Below, piece by piece: positions 24,049-38,300 of a stretch of DNA of 64,000 bases. The notes under the pieces were generated by a model. That model had not been told where the DNA came from, searched no databases, and worked only from the letters and a program-made list of their open reading frames with translations. Position numbers and translations under genes: made by a program. The stretch's first letter is position 1. Each line of letters begins with the position of its first letter. The DNA comes from Blepharisma stoltei ATCC 30299 (taxonomy: Eukaryota; Protista; Ciliophora). The stretch lies in contig CBFDEM010000017.1 in assembly GCA_965603825.1 (NCBI GenBank), forward strand, positions 372,001 through 436,000, given 5' to 3'.

Positions 24049-27000
24049 CTACCACAGCATATTATTCGAATCCATTGGTAAGATCTCTGGCAAAATCAAG
24101 AACCTATTAAGCTGCTTGATTTGCCCATTAAAATATGGTAAATAATAGAAAGTATATAATATAATCAGCGAGATTGAGTATGCCACTGTTACATTTATAA
24201 TTGAATCTAGCTCATTATTTATAAGATTTTTTGAATCACGATCTGCTAATAGAAACTCTTGGCTTATTTCGTTTTGAATTGCTACTACTTCATCAAGTAC
24301 TGCAAGTATCTTTGATGGAGGAATAAATTCATAATATCCCTGATTTTCACAATCGCCAATTATGGCATTTATTGCAGCTTCTGTCCCATAATCAAGGATG
24401 CTTTTATCGGAATCTACCTTATTATAGATTCTTTCTCTTAATTCTTTTGACATTAATTTTTTTAAGTCACTTTCTCTGAGTTCTTTGTTTTTAAATCTCA
24501 AAATAATTGATGCCATATTAACACTTGTTCATCCATTTGCATATTGAAAATATTGGGGAACTTTTTTTTGAAAGTAATGGGAATAAGTTTCTCTGGAAAG
24601 CATTGATAGTTTTCTAAGAGTGGAACGCCTTATATTAAAGTTGCTAAGGAGCTTTGGACGGTTTATCATGAAATTTTCGCATTTTGGGTACAAGTATAAG
24701 GAAATTAAAAGGTAGTAAGAAGCAGCAATTATGAAAAAAACCATAAGTCTTCAGCTATATTGCACATAAACAGAAGTTTTCACTTTTCTTTTTATTCGGT
24801 TTCCTGATATTTCCATATTTAAATCTTTACTATAATCAATTCCATGAACGAGGATCAGCCTGTCTACGGCCGAACTCTTCAGTTTAACAAGTGCCCATTG
24901 CGCATTATTCAAAATAAAATTCCAAAATTCGTCCTGCTTTCGTGATACAAAAATTATATATCCTATAATAACCAGAACCAGAACCCCAAGCGCTAAAAAT
25001 CCAAATATTAAGAGAGCATTTATATATATGCCAGTCATTTTTACTCTTTCTGTTTCGCAATCCACAATCCCATTCATTGTGGAATTTACTCTTTCAAAAA
25101 GATATCCCGAGCCATTAACTAATACAAATCTGATATATTTTAGGTAGGAATCATTATCTGAGACGGCACTAACCATGCCTTTACACTGAATAAAAAATAC
25201 ATTTAAAATGAGTTCTGATATAGCGTCATATAAATTCGAATATTTTACAATTGGATCAAAAGTGTCAAAATAGATTAAAGGAATCAAAGGATTCTTAACA
25301 ATTTTTGAGACTGAACAATAGCTTCACTGGTCAAAATCTTTAAAAATTGTTCCTTGGATAGATTCTAAGTCTGATATTAAAATTTGAAAATCTGTGACTG
25401 CATTATTTAGTTGTTCATCAGTCATGTTTATCATCTTTAAATTATCAATAACCCTTACAGAATCTGCAGACAGCCCAAGATCATATAGCAGCTGTCCTAA
25501 ATTTTTGAAAGAGCTTAGAGACGTCGTATATGATATGTCAGTGATCATATATCCCAGAATGGCACCAACAACTACTATAAAAGACGACATCTAATTTATT
25601 CTTACCACTATAAAAAGCACAATTTGAAGGATTCTAATTTTTCTTTTAGATTCTGAAAGGAGATTTTGAGCTTGTTTTGAAAATTTTGAGCCAACTGAAG
25701 ATTTTGAAAAATCTTCAGTCCCCGATTTTTTATCTTCATTTCTTGGGGAAGGCTCGTTTTGCCTCCGGGTGCTGATATCTTTAATTTGGAGTTCTTCGTT
25801 AGTATAAACTTCTGTTTCAAATGAAGGCCTTGGCAAAAGTGATATATTGCTGACTGAGAGAAATTGGACTTGGATGTCTTTTCTACCTTCTTCTATTTGA
25901 GATTTGTCAAAGTCCAAAGTCATGTCTTGATCTGCAAAATGCGTAAATTGGTCATGATCAGTTCCTTCTTTTCAGTTTTTTATTTCTTGGTCGTCATGAA
26001 GAATTATAAAATTATGGATTGTGGTGGAGTTTATTTCTTTTTTTGTGTTAATAAAAGCAATTTCGCCACCATTAAAAGGCATTAGCCAGGGCTCATAGTC
26101 TCTCATTTTATCTGTGTCTAAAATAGGGACTAAAGATGATAGGGTTTGGCCTTTTAAGAATTTTGATTTAGAGCCAATATAGAAGGGGAAAAGCTCTGAA
26201 TGTCCCATAATAAATCCATCGTCTGAAATTAATGCAATTTCACGTGTTGCTTTCCTTTGCTCAAAAGAAATCAAAAAATATGCACAGTTGTGAAATGCTG
26301 TCAATTTAAATAAAAAATTGCACTCAAATAAGTAACCTTGAATATTTTTGAAAAATAAATTTTTATGCGACGGAAGCTCAATCGTGCTGCTATCTAAAAC
26401 AAAATCTTTAATATTTGTCATGTGACAAACATCAAAAGGTTGAGGGATAAAATTCAACAGTGAAGTGCCAAGTACATTTCCAATAGAAGTTTTAAACAAT
26501 CGAGAAGCCTTTTCGTTGAGGTACATAATATTATTATCATTACAAGATACCAATAAAATAGGCACATCTTTTCCGTAATTTTCTATTTTTCTGGTATTAT
26601 TTTGCTTATTATAATATTCAAGTCCGTTTTTTTTCCTGATCATTTTTTCTGCTTCTTCATGATTGCTTGAGATATTCTCTAGAAAGCTCCCATATAATTC
26701 ATATCCTTCGACATTCTTATATTTGTCACACAAGTTTTTTAAATCTTCGGAAATGTTTATTAAATAATTCGTCGTTCTTTTTGACAAGTTTATAATTTTA
26801 TCAATTCTTGGAGATTTTAGAGAAATCTCTGCCTGAAGTTCTATCAGCAAATAGCAAAGTTCTTCATCTTGGGTTCTAATTCTGCTGAACTCTTTTAAAA
26901 ATTCTAAATAGCTTGTTTCAGGAAAAGCTTTGCATTTCTTCTTAACAAGCCACGTAAAAAGCCTCCATTCTTGGATTTCTCCTTCAAAAGAAGTTTTTGC

Positions 27001-28272
27001 ATTCCCAATTTTCGACAATTTTACCCTTGCTAATCTTTCGTCTTTAACTATTGAAAGGCAATAGTTAAATTCCCATATCACAAAAAGCTTGTCTTTTTGA
27101 AATTTATTTGCTTTTCAAAAAGTCTTAAATAAATCTAATATCCAAAATTTATCTTCATGATCTTTATCGGTTAATAAATGTCTGAATTTTCTTTCGAACT
27201 CAAACTGGTTTTTTGGGCACTCTTTGCTATCTTTTAGCTTTGTATAATTACGTCTAGCTAGCCTCATTATCAGAAGAAAAATAATTGGCTGAAGGAAAAT
27301 TGTAAAAACTATTACAATTGAAGCACTGTCCAAGAGTTCTCCAAAAATAAAAAATAACATTGTAAAAGAAATTACACTTAGCTTGCAAGCTTCAATTATA
27401 TTTTCAAGCTCATTAAAATACTGTAAAATTGTGATCGATTTATAGCTCAAAAACAGTGAAAACGAAAATAAGATGGATTGATGATAGATTGCTTCTGAGT
27501 TCACAAAAGTCGAAAATGAAATACAAGCGAGGATGTAAAAAAGTCTTTTTTGCATGTCTATAAGAGAACATGATCTAGATTTTAAATTTTTTTCTGGGTG
27601 GGAATGCTGAATATCGCAAGAAAAATACTCACAATATAAATTAATTGATATCAAAACTGCAAGTCCAATAAGTGAGAGAAAAATTCCTTGAAAGCCAAAA
27701 TCAAGAATTGAGGAAGACAACCCATCGTATTCTTCGATCATGTTGGCACTTATTATTGAGTATTTTCCTATCATTAATAGAATCATTGCACTGGGAACCA
27801 AGCACACTGTTGTGAGCAGCATAGCAATTTTGCGAGGCCAAATAGATATATAAATTGGCGGATCTTTTTTGATGTAAATAAAAAAACCAAAAACTGTGAA
27901 TGATACTAAGCACATGGCTAATAGAGAAACTGTCCCATAAAAGCAAAAATCCATAACCCCTAAATTTGCACAAATGCTATCATAGCTGGCCCACCCGAAT
28001 AGCTTTCATAGGAATATGTATGAGCTTCAGCCACTCACATTCATGTTTGGATATCAAGCTAGTGATGTTATCTGAAGTGTGAAAACGACATTGATTAATA
28101 TTTCGTAGCTGAGCTGGGCACTTGGCTTTGTTTTTCTATTGTACTTTACTTTAAAAAGTTGACAGAAAAAGCCATAAAAGTAGTTCTTAAATTTGCTTGA
28201 AAAAAGAGACTGAGAAAGAAAGGTGTGAAGGTCCTTGATCTCATTGTCAATTGGTCTAAAAGTCTCTGACAT
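24049..28272 (-). CDS. TmcB/TmcC-like membrane PAS-domain protein, copy F (~1397 aa)
   Basis: Sub-ORFs are in one frame via TGA=Trp. Introns at 25591-25605 (GTAAGAATAAATTAG) and 25186-25200 (GTATTTTTTATTCAG, no stop). Confidence 0.85.
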
Positions 28273-28904
28273 GCTATTAACAACTTAAATGCTTAATAAC
28301 TGATTAAAATCATACAAAAACTATGGGAAGAAAATTGTTTTATATGCTTTAAAATTTTTTATAAGTTTTAATGAAATATAAAATTATGTTAGCTATATTG
28401 AACCTAAATATTTAGCAAAAGGAATTATGATTAATAGAAAAGCTCTTCCTTAAATTCTTCAGTTTAATCGACTAAAAATTTTAAAAAAAATTGAGATCAA
28501 TGGCATAACGAGAAAGCTTTTAATAATTGACGAAAATTATCTTTTATGAAACTACCAAAATCGAAAAGGATCTAAAAATAAATGCATTATTAATGTAAAA
28601 TACTCTGCTACTGAAAATTAAAACATATTAATTTCGGAAAGCATTTTAATAGCAAACTTAATGCTGCTTTAAATTATTTTGCTTATATATGACAATTTCA
28701 ACGTGAACAATGCTTATATTCTTCAATTCTCAGTCTCTTAAAATTATTAAAAGTAATCTTAAAAATCATATTTCGACAAAACTACATAGATATAGCATAC
28801 ATATTTTATTATATATTTGTTGTTTATTCTTTTATTAAACCCTATTACTTCAAAAATACAATTTTCTTATATTCTTTTAATTTGATTATTTTAATCTAGT
28901 CTTC

Positions 28905-29481
28905 CTATGGGCTATATATGTTCGTAGATTTTAATCTTTCAATTTCGCAGTCAGCAATATTACTCAATAATGAGCTGACTTGATCATAGAGATATCCAGT
29001 GTCATTAGTTAATATAAATCTAAGATATTTGAGATAAGATTCGTTTGCAAAATAAGCTTTAGTCATGCTCTTACAATGTATAAAAATTACATTTAATATA
29101 ATTTCTGATATTGAATTATATAAATTTGAATATTTTACTGTTGGCTCAAAAAAATCAAAATATACTAAAGGTATGATAGGACTTGTGATGATTTCTGAAC
29201 TTGAGTAGTAGCTTCACTTGCCAAAATCTTCAAGAATAGTGCCTTGGGAATCCTCTAAGCTTGCAATTAACTGTTCTAAATCAGTTATAGAGCTATTAAT
29301 TATATCATTCGTCGCGCTAGACACTCTCAAATTACCAATGATCCCCACTAAATCTGCGGACTGTCCAAGATCATATAAAAGCTATCCTAGATTTTTTAAT
29401 GAGCTGAAAGATGTTGCGTGTGATACATCGGTAACCATGTACCCCAAAATGGCAGCAACTGCAATCATAACTGATAAAATT
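28905..29481 (-). pseudogene. Array relic: isolated first extracellular-domain region
   Basis: Homologous to the AAILGYM..W.Y..CEIER segment. It has an in-frame TAG (GGA TAG CTT for GQL), its intron-2 acceptor is mutated (gtaatttttatacat), and it has no start or 3' part. Confidence 0.8.
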
Positions 29482-29791
29482 TAAAATTGCTCAAAGAATT
29501 CCCATAAGCACTTTCTGCTGAAATTGTTAAAATTTGTTCTGCCTTATGGTAATTTTTCGATTGATTTTTATAAGCTATTCGGGAAACAGTATTAAATAAA
29601 ATTAAATAAAAATAAGAGTTAAAGAGTTCAATGAGACTCTATTTATTAAAGCAATTTTCAAATAGCCATCAAACTTGCTATTTATTAGTTATTTGGCAGG
29701 CCAAATAATAGGAAACTATTGAATAAAACATTAAAAAAATATTTAGGTTAAAATAATATTTTTGAATTTTTAAGAATAAGTTCCCCATCCT

Positions 29792-32700
29792 CTAATATGA
29801 TCCCATTGATAAAATTGTCTGCAAAGTCTCAAAACTCTCCAATTGTTTAATTTGTTTATTCAAATATATAAAATAATAAAAAAGGAACAGAAAACCCACA
29901 GCTAGCGAGTAAATAACAGTTATGTAAATGATTTCGTTTAGCTGACTATTTATCACACTTTTTGAATTTCTATCAGCTAAGTCATATTCTAAGCCAATTT
30001 CATCTTCAATTTTTGTGACTTCGTCCAAGAATGGGATCATAACTGAAGGAGCATAGTTTTTTCAATGTAAACTATTATAAATATCATTTTTAATAGAAAA
30101 TACTGCAGAACTCATTCCAAAATGAAGTTGATCTGAGGTGCTATCTCCTTTTTCGAACATCCTTTCTTTAAGCTCTTTAGACATTAATCCTAAAAAGTTA
30201 TTTCCTCTTATCTCTTTTGTTTTTATACTTAGTTCATTTCAGGTTGCCAAGAATAAATTAAAAGAGTTTTCAAATGGATAAGATTGAGGTAAATGATATT
30301 TTCAATAAGGTAGCGCTGTTTCACGCGCAAAAACAGTCAGTCTTGATAAGAGGGACCTTCGAATATTAAAATTACTAAGTAATTTTGGCCGACTTATCAT
30401 ATTTCTTTCGCAATTCGGATATAAATACCCAAAAATTAATAAATAATAAGAACTAGCAAACACAAAAAATATCATTACTCTCCATATATAACGCTTATGC
30501 AAATTTGATTTTATTTTCTTTATTCTCCCTCTAATTTGCATTTCCCAATTTATTTCTGATTGATAATCTACCCCATGGACATTTAAAAGTCTATCTATAG
30601 AAGACCCTTTTAACTGCACTAAAGATGGCTGTGCTTTTTCAATTAAAAAATTCCAAAATTGATCATGTTTTTTTGATACTATAAATACAAAACAAAAAAT
30701 TATCAGCATGAAGACTGCAAGAGTGCAAAGCCCAAACGTTAATAAAGTCTCTATTTTTTCTCCTGTAGTTTTTACTCTGTTTATTTCACAATTTTCAATT
30801 TCCTTTATTGTAATATTTGAATAATCAAAAGAAAATCCAATCCCATTAGCCACAATAAATTGAAGATGTCTTGAAAAGTGTTGATGGCTTCTTATATCAT
30901 CTATGTAGTTCCTCGACTAAATAAATATTACAGCATATATGAAATCTGAGACTGTGTCATAATAATTTTTGTATATAATTTTTGGAAAAACACCATCAAA
31001 ATTTCATTGTGGCATAATTGGTTCATAGACTACGTTTGCATATGAGCAATACTCTCATTGGCTAAAATCATCTAATATATGAGTTTGAATATCTATTACT
31101 TCAACCGTAAGATTGCTCAATTTGTAAACATAGCTATCTATCATTTCTTTAGTTCCATTTAAAATAATGATATCTTCTATCGCTCTTGATATATCTGCAA
31201 ATAGCCCAAAATCATGGAAAAGATCGCTAAGACGATTAGAAGATCTCATTTTGGTGATATGAGTCACGTCGTTTATTATATAAACTAAAATCCCTATAAA
31301 AATTGCAATAGTCGAAGACATCTAAATAATTTTTACAATCGCAAAAAGTACCCATTGAAGAATTCTTATTTTTTGCTTGGACTCTAAAAGCAGCTTCTGT
31401 GAAAGACGTGAATGAGAAAATGACGAAAACGTAGAAGAAGGCTTTGAGTGTTCCTCACTTATCAATTTTTCATCTGCTCTCCTGCCTTCAAAGCCATGAG
31501 CGCTAGTATTATCCATTGTTTTGGGTAGTATATTTTTCAATTTTGCCGATCTCCTTGCCTTTGCAAAATCAGGAATTTTCAAAAAATTAATTTCACCACT
31601 ATCATGTGTCAAGTCTTGAGATACCGATGCATCATTTTGATCAATAGCTTGCTTATCATAAGTAATTTCTGTTTGATCTCTAATTTTTATTCCTTTTGAT
31701 TTTCATTTAGATAACTCTTTACTGCTATGAATAGCCAATAATAAATTTAATTCTCTATATTTTATTTTTTTTGTAATACTTACCAGTCCTAATTTTTTAC
31801 CATTATGATTAACAATCCACGGTATGCCATTTTTCAATTTTTGAAAATCTGGGACTATTTCGTAAATAAGACGGTTTCTTAAAGATTGTTCCGTGGAGAA
31901 ATATCGGGCAAAATAAATTGAATGGGATGCTATTAGTCCTTCGGAAGAAATTAAAGCTATATGTCTTGATGTATTCTTTGGCTGAAATGATAGTAAAAAG
32001 TAAGGGGAATTATGAAATGCGGATAGCTTAATTAAGGAGTCACATTCTAGTAAAAATCCATCAGAGCATTGGAAAATTAAATTTTGATGGGCTGGGATGT
32101 GGGTTGATACACACTCAGAAATAAATTTTTTCATCATTTTTGCGTGCATAAGATCATAAGGAGGAGGTATTATAGTCATATAGGAAGTCCCACAAATATT
32201 TGATACTGAAGATTTAAGTATAGACGCAGCTTTTTCATTGAGATAAATAATAGACCCAAATGTAGCTTTCGAGCAGGAAATTAAGATAACTCCTAATCCT
32301 TTTCCATAGTTTTCTAAATAACTGTCTTCATTATTTTGACCGTAAAAACAGTTTATTCCCGATTTCTTTCTATTTATTATTTTTGCTTCGCCGTGGTTAT
32401 TTGTGATGTTTTCTAAGAAACTTTCATACAGTTCGTAGCTCTCAAGATTTTTATGTTTTTCTGTTAATAATTTATAATTTTCTGTGATCTCATTAATTTC
32501 ACTAGATGCTTTATTTGTTAATTTAATAAGCTTTTCGATTTTCGGCGATTTTGATGAAAATTCAGTGCATAATTTTACCAACATAATACACAATTTCTCA
32601 TCCATTTTTTTGGCTTGACTAAAATCTTTTAAATAATATAAATAATCTATATCAGGTAATAGCTTATTTTTTCTATTTGCTAACCAATTAAAAATCTTTC

Positions 32701-33985
32701 AGACTTTTATGTCAACTTCAAATGACGATTTTACTTTTGAGATCTTCGATAACTTAATCCTTGCTAATCTCTCATCTTTTAGATATAGACAATAGTAAAA
32801 TTCTCATACCACAAATAACCTATCTTTTTGAACTAGGCTTGAATTTCAGTATTTTTTAAACAAATTTAAAACTTTTACCTTATTTTCTTGATTTTGATCA
32901 GTAAAAAAATGTCTGAATTTTCTTTCAAAATCAAATTGACTCTTTATGTGTTTAGTATTTTGCATCTGCCAATAGTTCTTTCTGATTAGTAAAGTAGTAA
33001 AGATGATTATTATAGGCTGAAGGAATATATTAAAGACAACAATTACAATTGCGTTATCCATTATCTGCCCAAATATAAAAAATAGAATTGTAATTGTAAC
33101 TGAAGCAAATTCACTAGCAAAAATCGAGTTTTCAATAGGATTAAAATATTGCAAAGCAATGATACTTTTAATAAACATATAAAAAGACCCTGCAGCCAAA
33201 ATAATTTGATGAAAAAATACATATGAGTCACCAAAGCTTATATATGTAATGCACATAAACATATAAAATCACCTCCTTTGCAAATCAAAGCCAGCTGAAG
33301 ATCTGGCTTTAAGATTTTTTTTACTATGAGAGTGCTTTAAATCACTAGAAAATAGCTCAGAATAGCTACTTATTAGTACCAGTAAAGAAATGTAAACAAT
33401 TGCACAAATTACTCCATGAATTCCGAAATTCATTGTATCTCCAGAAGTGTATTCCTCATTATTTGAAGGAGATAGAGAATATTTAAGAACTGCAAGGAGA
33501 ATCATAGTGCTTGGGATAAGGCAAACTGTACTTAGCAAAAATGCAATACACTGAAAAAAAAGAGCCAATAACCAAGGTGGATCATGTTTTAAAAAAATTC
33601 CTAAGCCCCAAAAAGAGCCTAAAAAAATTGATATTAAAGTTATGGTTCCATAAAAGCAAAAGCCCATAATATTCCAAGAAGCACAAATCTCATCATAGCT
33701 TACGATTCCTAGTCGAAGTCAAAATACTTTATAAGTATCCCATTCTTCAATATTCAAATTTGGATATCATGTTAGGCTTATTAGTTGCAAAGTTATAATT
33801 GTATTTATACATATTTCAGTAATCATCTGCATCTTTCAATTTGCTTTTTTATGATACTTGATCTTAAAAAGCTTAGCAAAACTTGTAAAAAAATGAGTCT
33901 TAATTTGGCTTGGAAATAATGACTGCGATAAAAAATTGCTATATTGGCTGCTTTCAATATCATCAATAGAAAAATCGAATGACAT
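29792..33985 (-). CDS. TmcB/TmcC-like membrane PAS-domain protein, copy H (~1387 aa; divergent subfamily)
   Basis: ATG at 33985 (MSFDFSIDDIESSQYSNFLSQSLF...). One frame via TGA=Trp. Introns at 31322-31336 and 30917-30931. PAS core IIYLNEKAASILKSSVSNICGTSYMTIIPPPYDLMHAKMM. Confidence 0.85.
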
Positions 33986-34294
33986 TATTATTATATATAC
34001 ATATATTAAAATGGGTTCATGACTCCAATCAGTAAAGGAGATAATAAAAAATCTAAAATTGTTGAAATTAAATTTATTACTAAAACCTAATAATAAACAT
34101 CAATGGAGATTCATTATACCTGAAGCTTTGCTCTTGTATCCAAACTTATAAAGCTTACTCGACAATCTTAAAAATTTCTTCAGCAATATATTTTTCATAG
34201 TCAATATTCGATGCGGGAGCTGCAGTCTCAGCTTTATTTATTTCTTAAGCGAAAAAGATTTATTTATATAAAATAAAAAATATTTAAGAACTAA

Positions 34295-34865
34295 CTATTC
34301 AGATTCCATACCCAAAGCGTGAACAAAGTCTCAAACTTTTTGAATATATAAATATGGCAACAAATAAAAAAAATAAAGTAAGACAACATCTAGCGAATAT
34401 ATAGCTGTTGTGTGAATAATTACTCTAAACAGACCGTTTATCTCATGTTTCGAATCCCTATCTGCTAGTTTAAATTCTAAACGAATTTCATTTTGAACTT
34501 CTGATTCTTTTACTAATAAAGGTATAGGGTGAAAGTGGTTACAAAATTTCAATATAAAATATTATAAATTTAATCTTTAACTACAAAAACTACAGATTGT
34601 GACCCAAAATGAAGGCAGCTAAATATTATTATTTCCTTTTTCAAATATTTTGTTTTTAATCTTTTGACATGAAATCTAAAAAATTTGTTTTTTAACTCGC
34701 TTGATTTTTTAGTCAATTCATATCATCTATTGAGTCTTTCGCATTTTTTATGGACTGTGAGAGCAGCAAAAGACTATTTCAGCAAGGCGAACTTATCTCT
34801 CTGGAAAATACAGGCAATCTTGATATTAGAGACCTTCTTATTCTTATGTTGAAATTACTAAGCAA
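34295..34865 (-). pseudogene. Array relic: degenerate C-terminal fragment
   Basis: Homology to LLSNFNI.RRSLISRL..FSRE and EF.LADRDSK..IN motifs, with frameshifts and no upstream part. Boundaries are approximate. Confidence 0.75.
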
Positions 34866-35379
34866 ATAATAATAATAATTATTCCAATAAAAAACTTTTT
34901 TTAATACATATGTTAATAAGTAAATGCTATATCATAATTTGTTAAATAAAGGATACAGATTTTTTGCCTACTGCTTAGAAATTTAATTTAGATTAAACTT
35001 ATAATTTTAATAAATTATCTTTTATATCTACTATTATAAAAAGCAAGTGCTCAGCTATTAAATTGCTCATAAATTGCGACCTCTTGGCATATCTTAGACC
35101 TCTAAACTTCAAAATTTACACATCTTTTAAAGATCTATTGAAATATATAAATTATTGTAAATTCCTTTAAAATTTTGCTTTATTATAGTTGAATAAATTA
35201 ATATATCTTAGATTAGACAATAATCCTAATCCTTCTGAGTTGCTCTTATTTATGCATAATGACTTAATTGCATGAGAAGTCTAAAAAACTCAATTTCTAT
35301 TATCAACAGAATTTTAGCACATAAAATGGAATTAAGATACCAGTTAGTGCATTAATACTTTTAATTTTAATTATTAATA

Positions 35380-38300
35380 TTAGTCCTGATCCATTTGTAA
35401 AATTTCTGTAAGAATTAAAAATCTGCTAAGATATTTAATTCGCCTATTCAAATAGGGTAAATAATAGCAAAAGTATAATATAAGCAATGCTATTGAATAT
35501 GCTATTGTTGTATTTATAATAGAATCTAGTTTTCCACTTATAAGATTTTTCGAGTCTCGATCTGCTAGTTGAAACTCTTGGCTTATCTCATTTTGAATCG
35601 CTACTACATCTAAAAACAAAGAGAGAATCTTGTCTCCAGTCAATAGCTCATATAATCCATGGCTTTGATTATCATCTATAGCTATATTAATTGCTGTTTC
35701 TGATCCATGATTTAAAATTGTATGATTAGAATCCACCTTTACGTAGATTCTTTCTTTTAATTCTTGCGACATTAAATTTTTTAAATCGCTTTCTCTGAGC
35801 TCTTTATTTTTAAGTTTTAAAATGTCTGATGCTTTATACACACTTGTCCAGGCGTTTGCAAATTTAAAATATTGAGGAATTTTTTTTTGCAAATAATGAT
35901 TATAAGTCTCTCTAGAAAACATTGATAACCATCTAAGATTTGATCGTCTCATATTAAAATTGCTAAGAAGCTTTGGACGATTGATCATGAGAACTTCGCA
36001 TTGTGGGTATAGGTAAATGGAAATCAATATATAGTAAAAAGCTCCAATTACGAAAAAAATCATAAGTCTATAGCTATATTGTAAATACACAGAAGTTCTT
36101 ACTTTTCTTTTTATGCGGCTTCCTGAAATTTCTGTGTTTGATTCTGAGTTATAATCAATTCCATGAATAAGTATAAGCCTATCTACAGCTGAACTCTTAA
36201 GTTTAGCTAATGCAGGTTGCGAATTATTTATAATAAAATTCCAAAATTTATCATATTTTTTAGAAACCAGAAAAATGAATCCAATAACTACTAAACTCAG
36301 CGCCGCAAGTACACAAAATCCAAAAATTAAAAGAATTGTTATATATGTGCCAGTATCCTTTACTCTTTCTATTTCACAGTCCACAATACCGTTCATTGTA
36401 GAATTTACACGATCATAAAGATGCCCTGAACCATTTACTATAATAAATTTGATATATTTGAGGTAGGATTCATTTTCTGAAATTGCTTTAATTATGCTTT
36501 TACACTATATAAAAATTACGGCTAATATAACTTCTGATACTGAGTCATATAAATTTGAATATCCTATTTTCGGATGAATATCATAAAAATATACTAAAGG
36601 AATGACAGGACTTGTAACAATTTCTGCGCTTGAACAATAGCTTCACTGATTAAAATCTTCAAAAATAATTCCTTGAATACTTTCTAAGTCTAGGATTAAA
36701 TTTTCTAAATCAACTATTGAATTCTTAATTTTTTCCTCAGGTGCTTTACTTGATTTCAAACTGTCTATAACTCTCACTGAGTCTGCAGATAGTCCAAGGT
36801 CATATAGAAGTTGTCCTACATTTTTAAAGGAGCTTAGGGATGTTGTATAAGACACGTCCGTGATCATAAACCCCAAAATAGCGGAAACTATCACTATAAT
36901 TGAAGAAATCTAAATTAAACTTACAACGAGGAACAATGCAACTTGAAGGACTCTAATTTTTCTTTTTGTATCTAAAAGTAAAGTTTTAGCTTGGCTTGAA
37001 TTTTTTGAGGTAGTAGAAGATTTTGAATAATCCTCAATAAATAATTTTTTGTCTTCACTTAGTCGGAGAGCTTTTTCTTTTATATGGAACTCTTCATGAG
37101 AATTAACTCCAGTTTCATCTGATGGCTTTGCTAAAAGTGAAATATTATTACTATTAGATAGAAATTGATCCTGAGTACCTTTTATTCGGTTTACTTCCAA
37201 TTGAGATTTTTCATAATCAAAGGTAAATTCTTGGTCCATTTGTTGATCTTGAGCGGTTCCTTCTTTTCATTTTTGTATTTCCTCCTCTTCATGGATAATC
37301 ATTAATCCATTTATTGTCATAGATTTTATTTGTTTTTTCACATTAATAAAAGCAATTTCTCCACCATTAAAAGGCGCTAGTCATAACTCATAATTTTTCA
37401 TGCTTTTTATATCTAAATTCGGAAGTAAATTTGATAAGTTTTGGCCTTTTAAGTTCTTTGACTCAGAGTTAATATAAAAAGGAAAGAGCTCAGAATGCCC
37501 CATAATAAATGCATCATCTGAGATTATTGCAATTTCGCGTGCTTCTTTTCGTTGTTCGAAAGTAACTAAAAAGTACGCAAAGTTGTGAAATGCAGTCAAT
37601 TTTATTAAAAAATTGCACTCTATTAAGTATCCATGGATATCTTGGAAAAATAAATGGCTATGTGATGGGAGCTCAATTGTGTCACTATCAAACACAAAAT
37701 CCTTTACTGCTGCTAAGTGGCAAGTATCAAAAGGGTGAGGAATAAAATTTAAAAATGAAGAACCAATTATATTTCCGACTGAAGATTTCAATAAGCGCGA
37801 TGCTTTTTCGTTTATATACATAATATTACAATCAGTGCAAGAAACTAACAATATCGGCACATCTTTTCCATAGTTCCCTAAATTTTTTACATTGTTGTGA
37901 CGATTATAATAATCAAGCCCCTTTTTCCTATACGCTATTCCTGCTTGTTCAGGATCATTTGAAATATTCTCAAGAAAGCTTGCATATAAATCATAAGCTT
38001 CAATATTTTTTATACTTTTCGCAAAGTTTTTTAAAATCTTCAGTAAGGTTTATAATATAATTTGCTGTTCTATTCGCTAAATTCACAATTTTATGAATTA
38101 TTGGAGCTTTTAAAGAAATTTCTGTTTGAAGATCTATTAGTATATAGCAAAGCTCTTCATCTTTATTTTTAATCCTACTAAATTCTTTTAAAAATCCTAA
38201 ATAGCTTGTTTCAGGGAAAGATTTACATTTTCTTTTAACAAGCCGTGCAAAGAGCCTTCATTCTTGGACTTCACCTTCAAATGAAGTTTCTGCATTCGCG

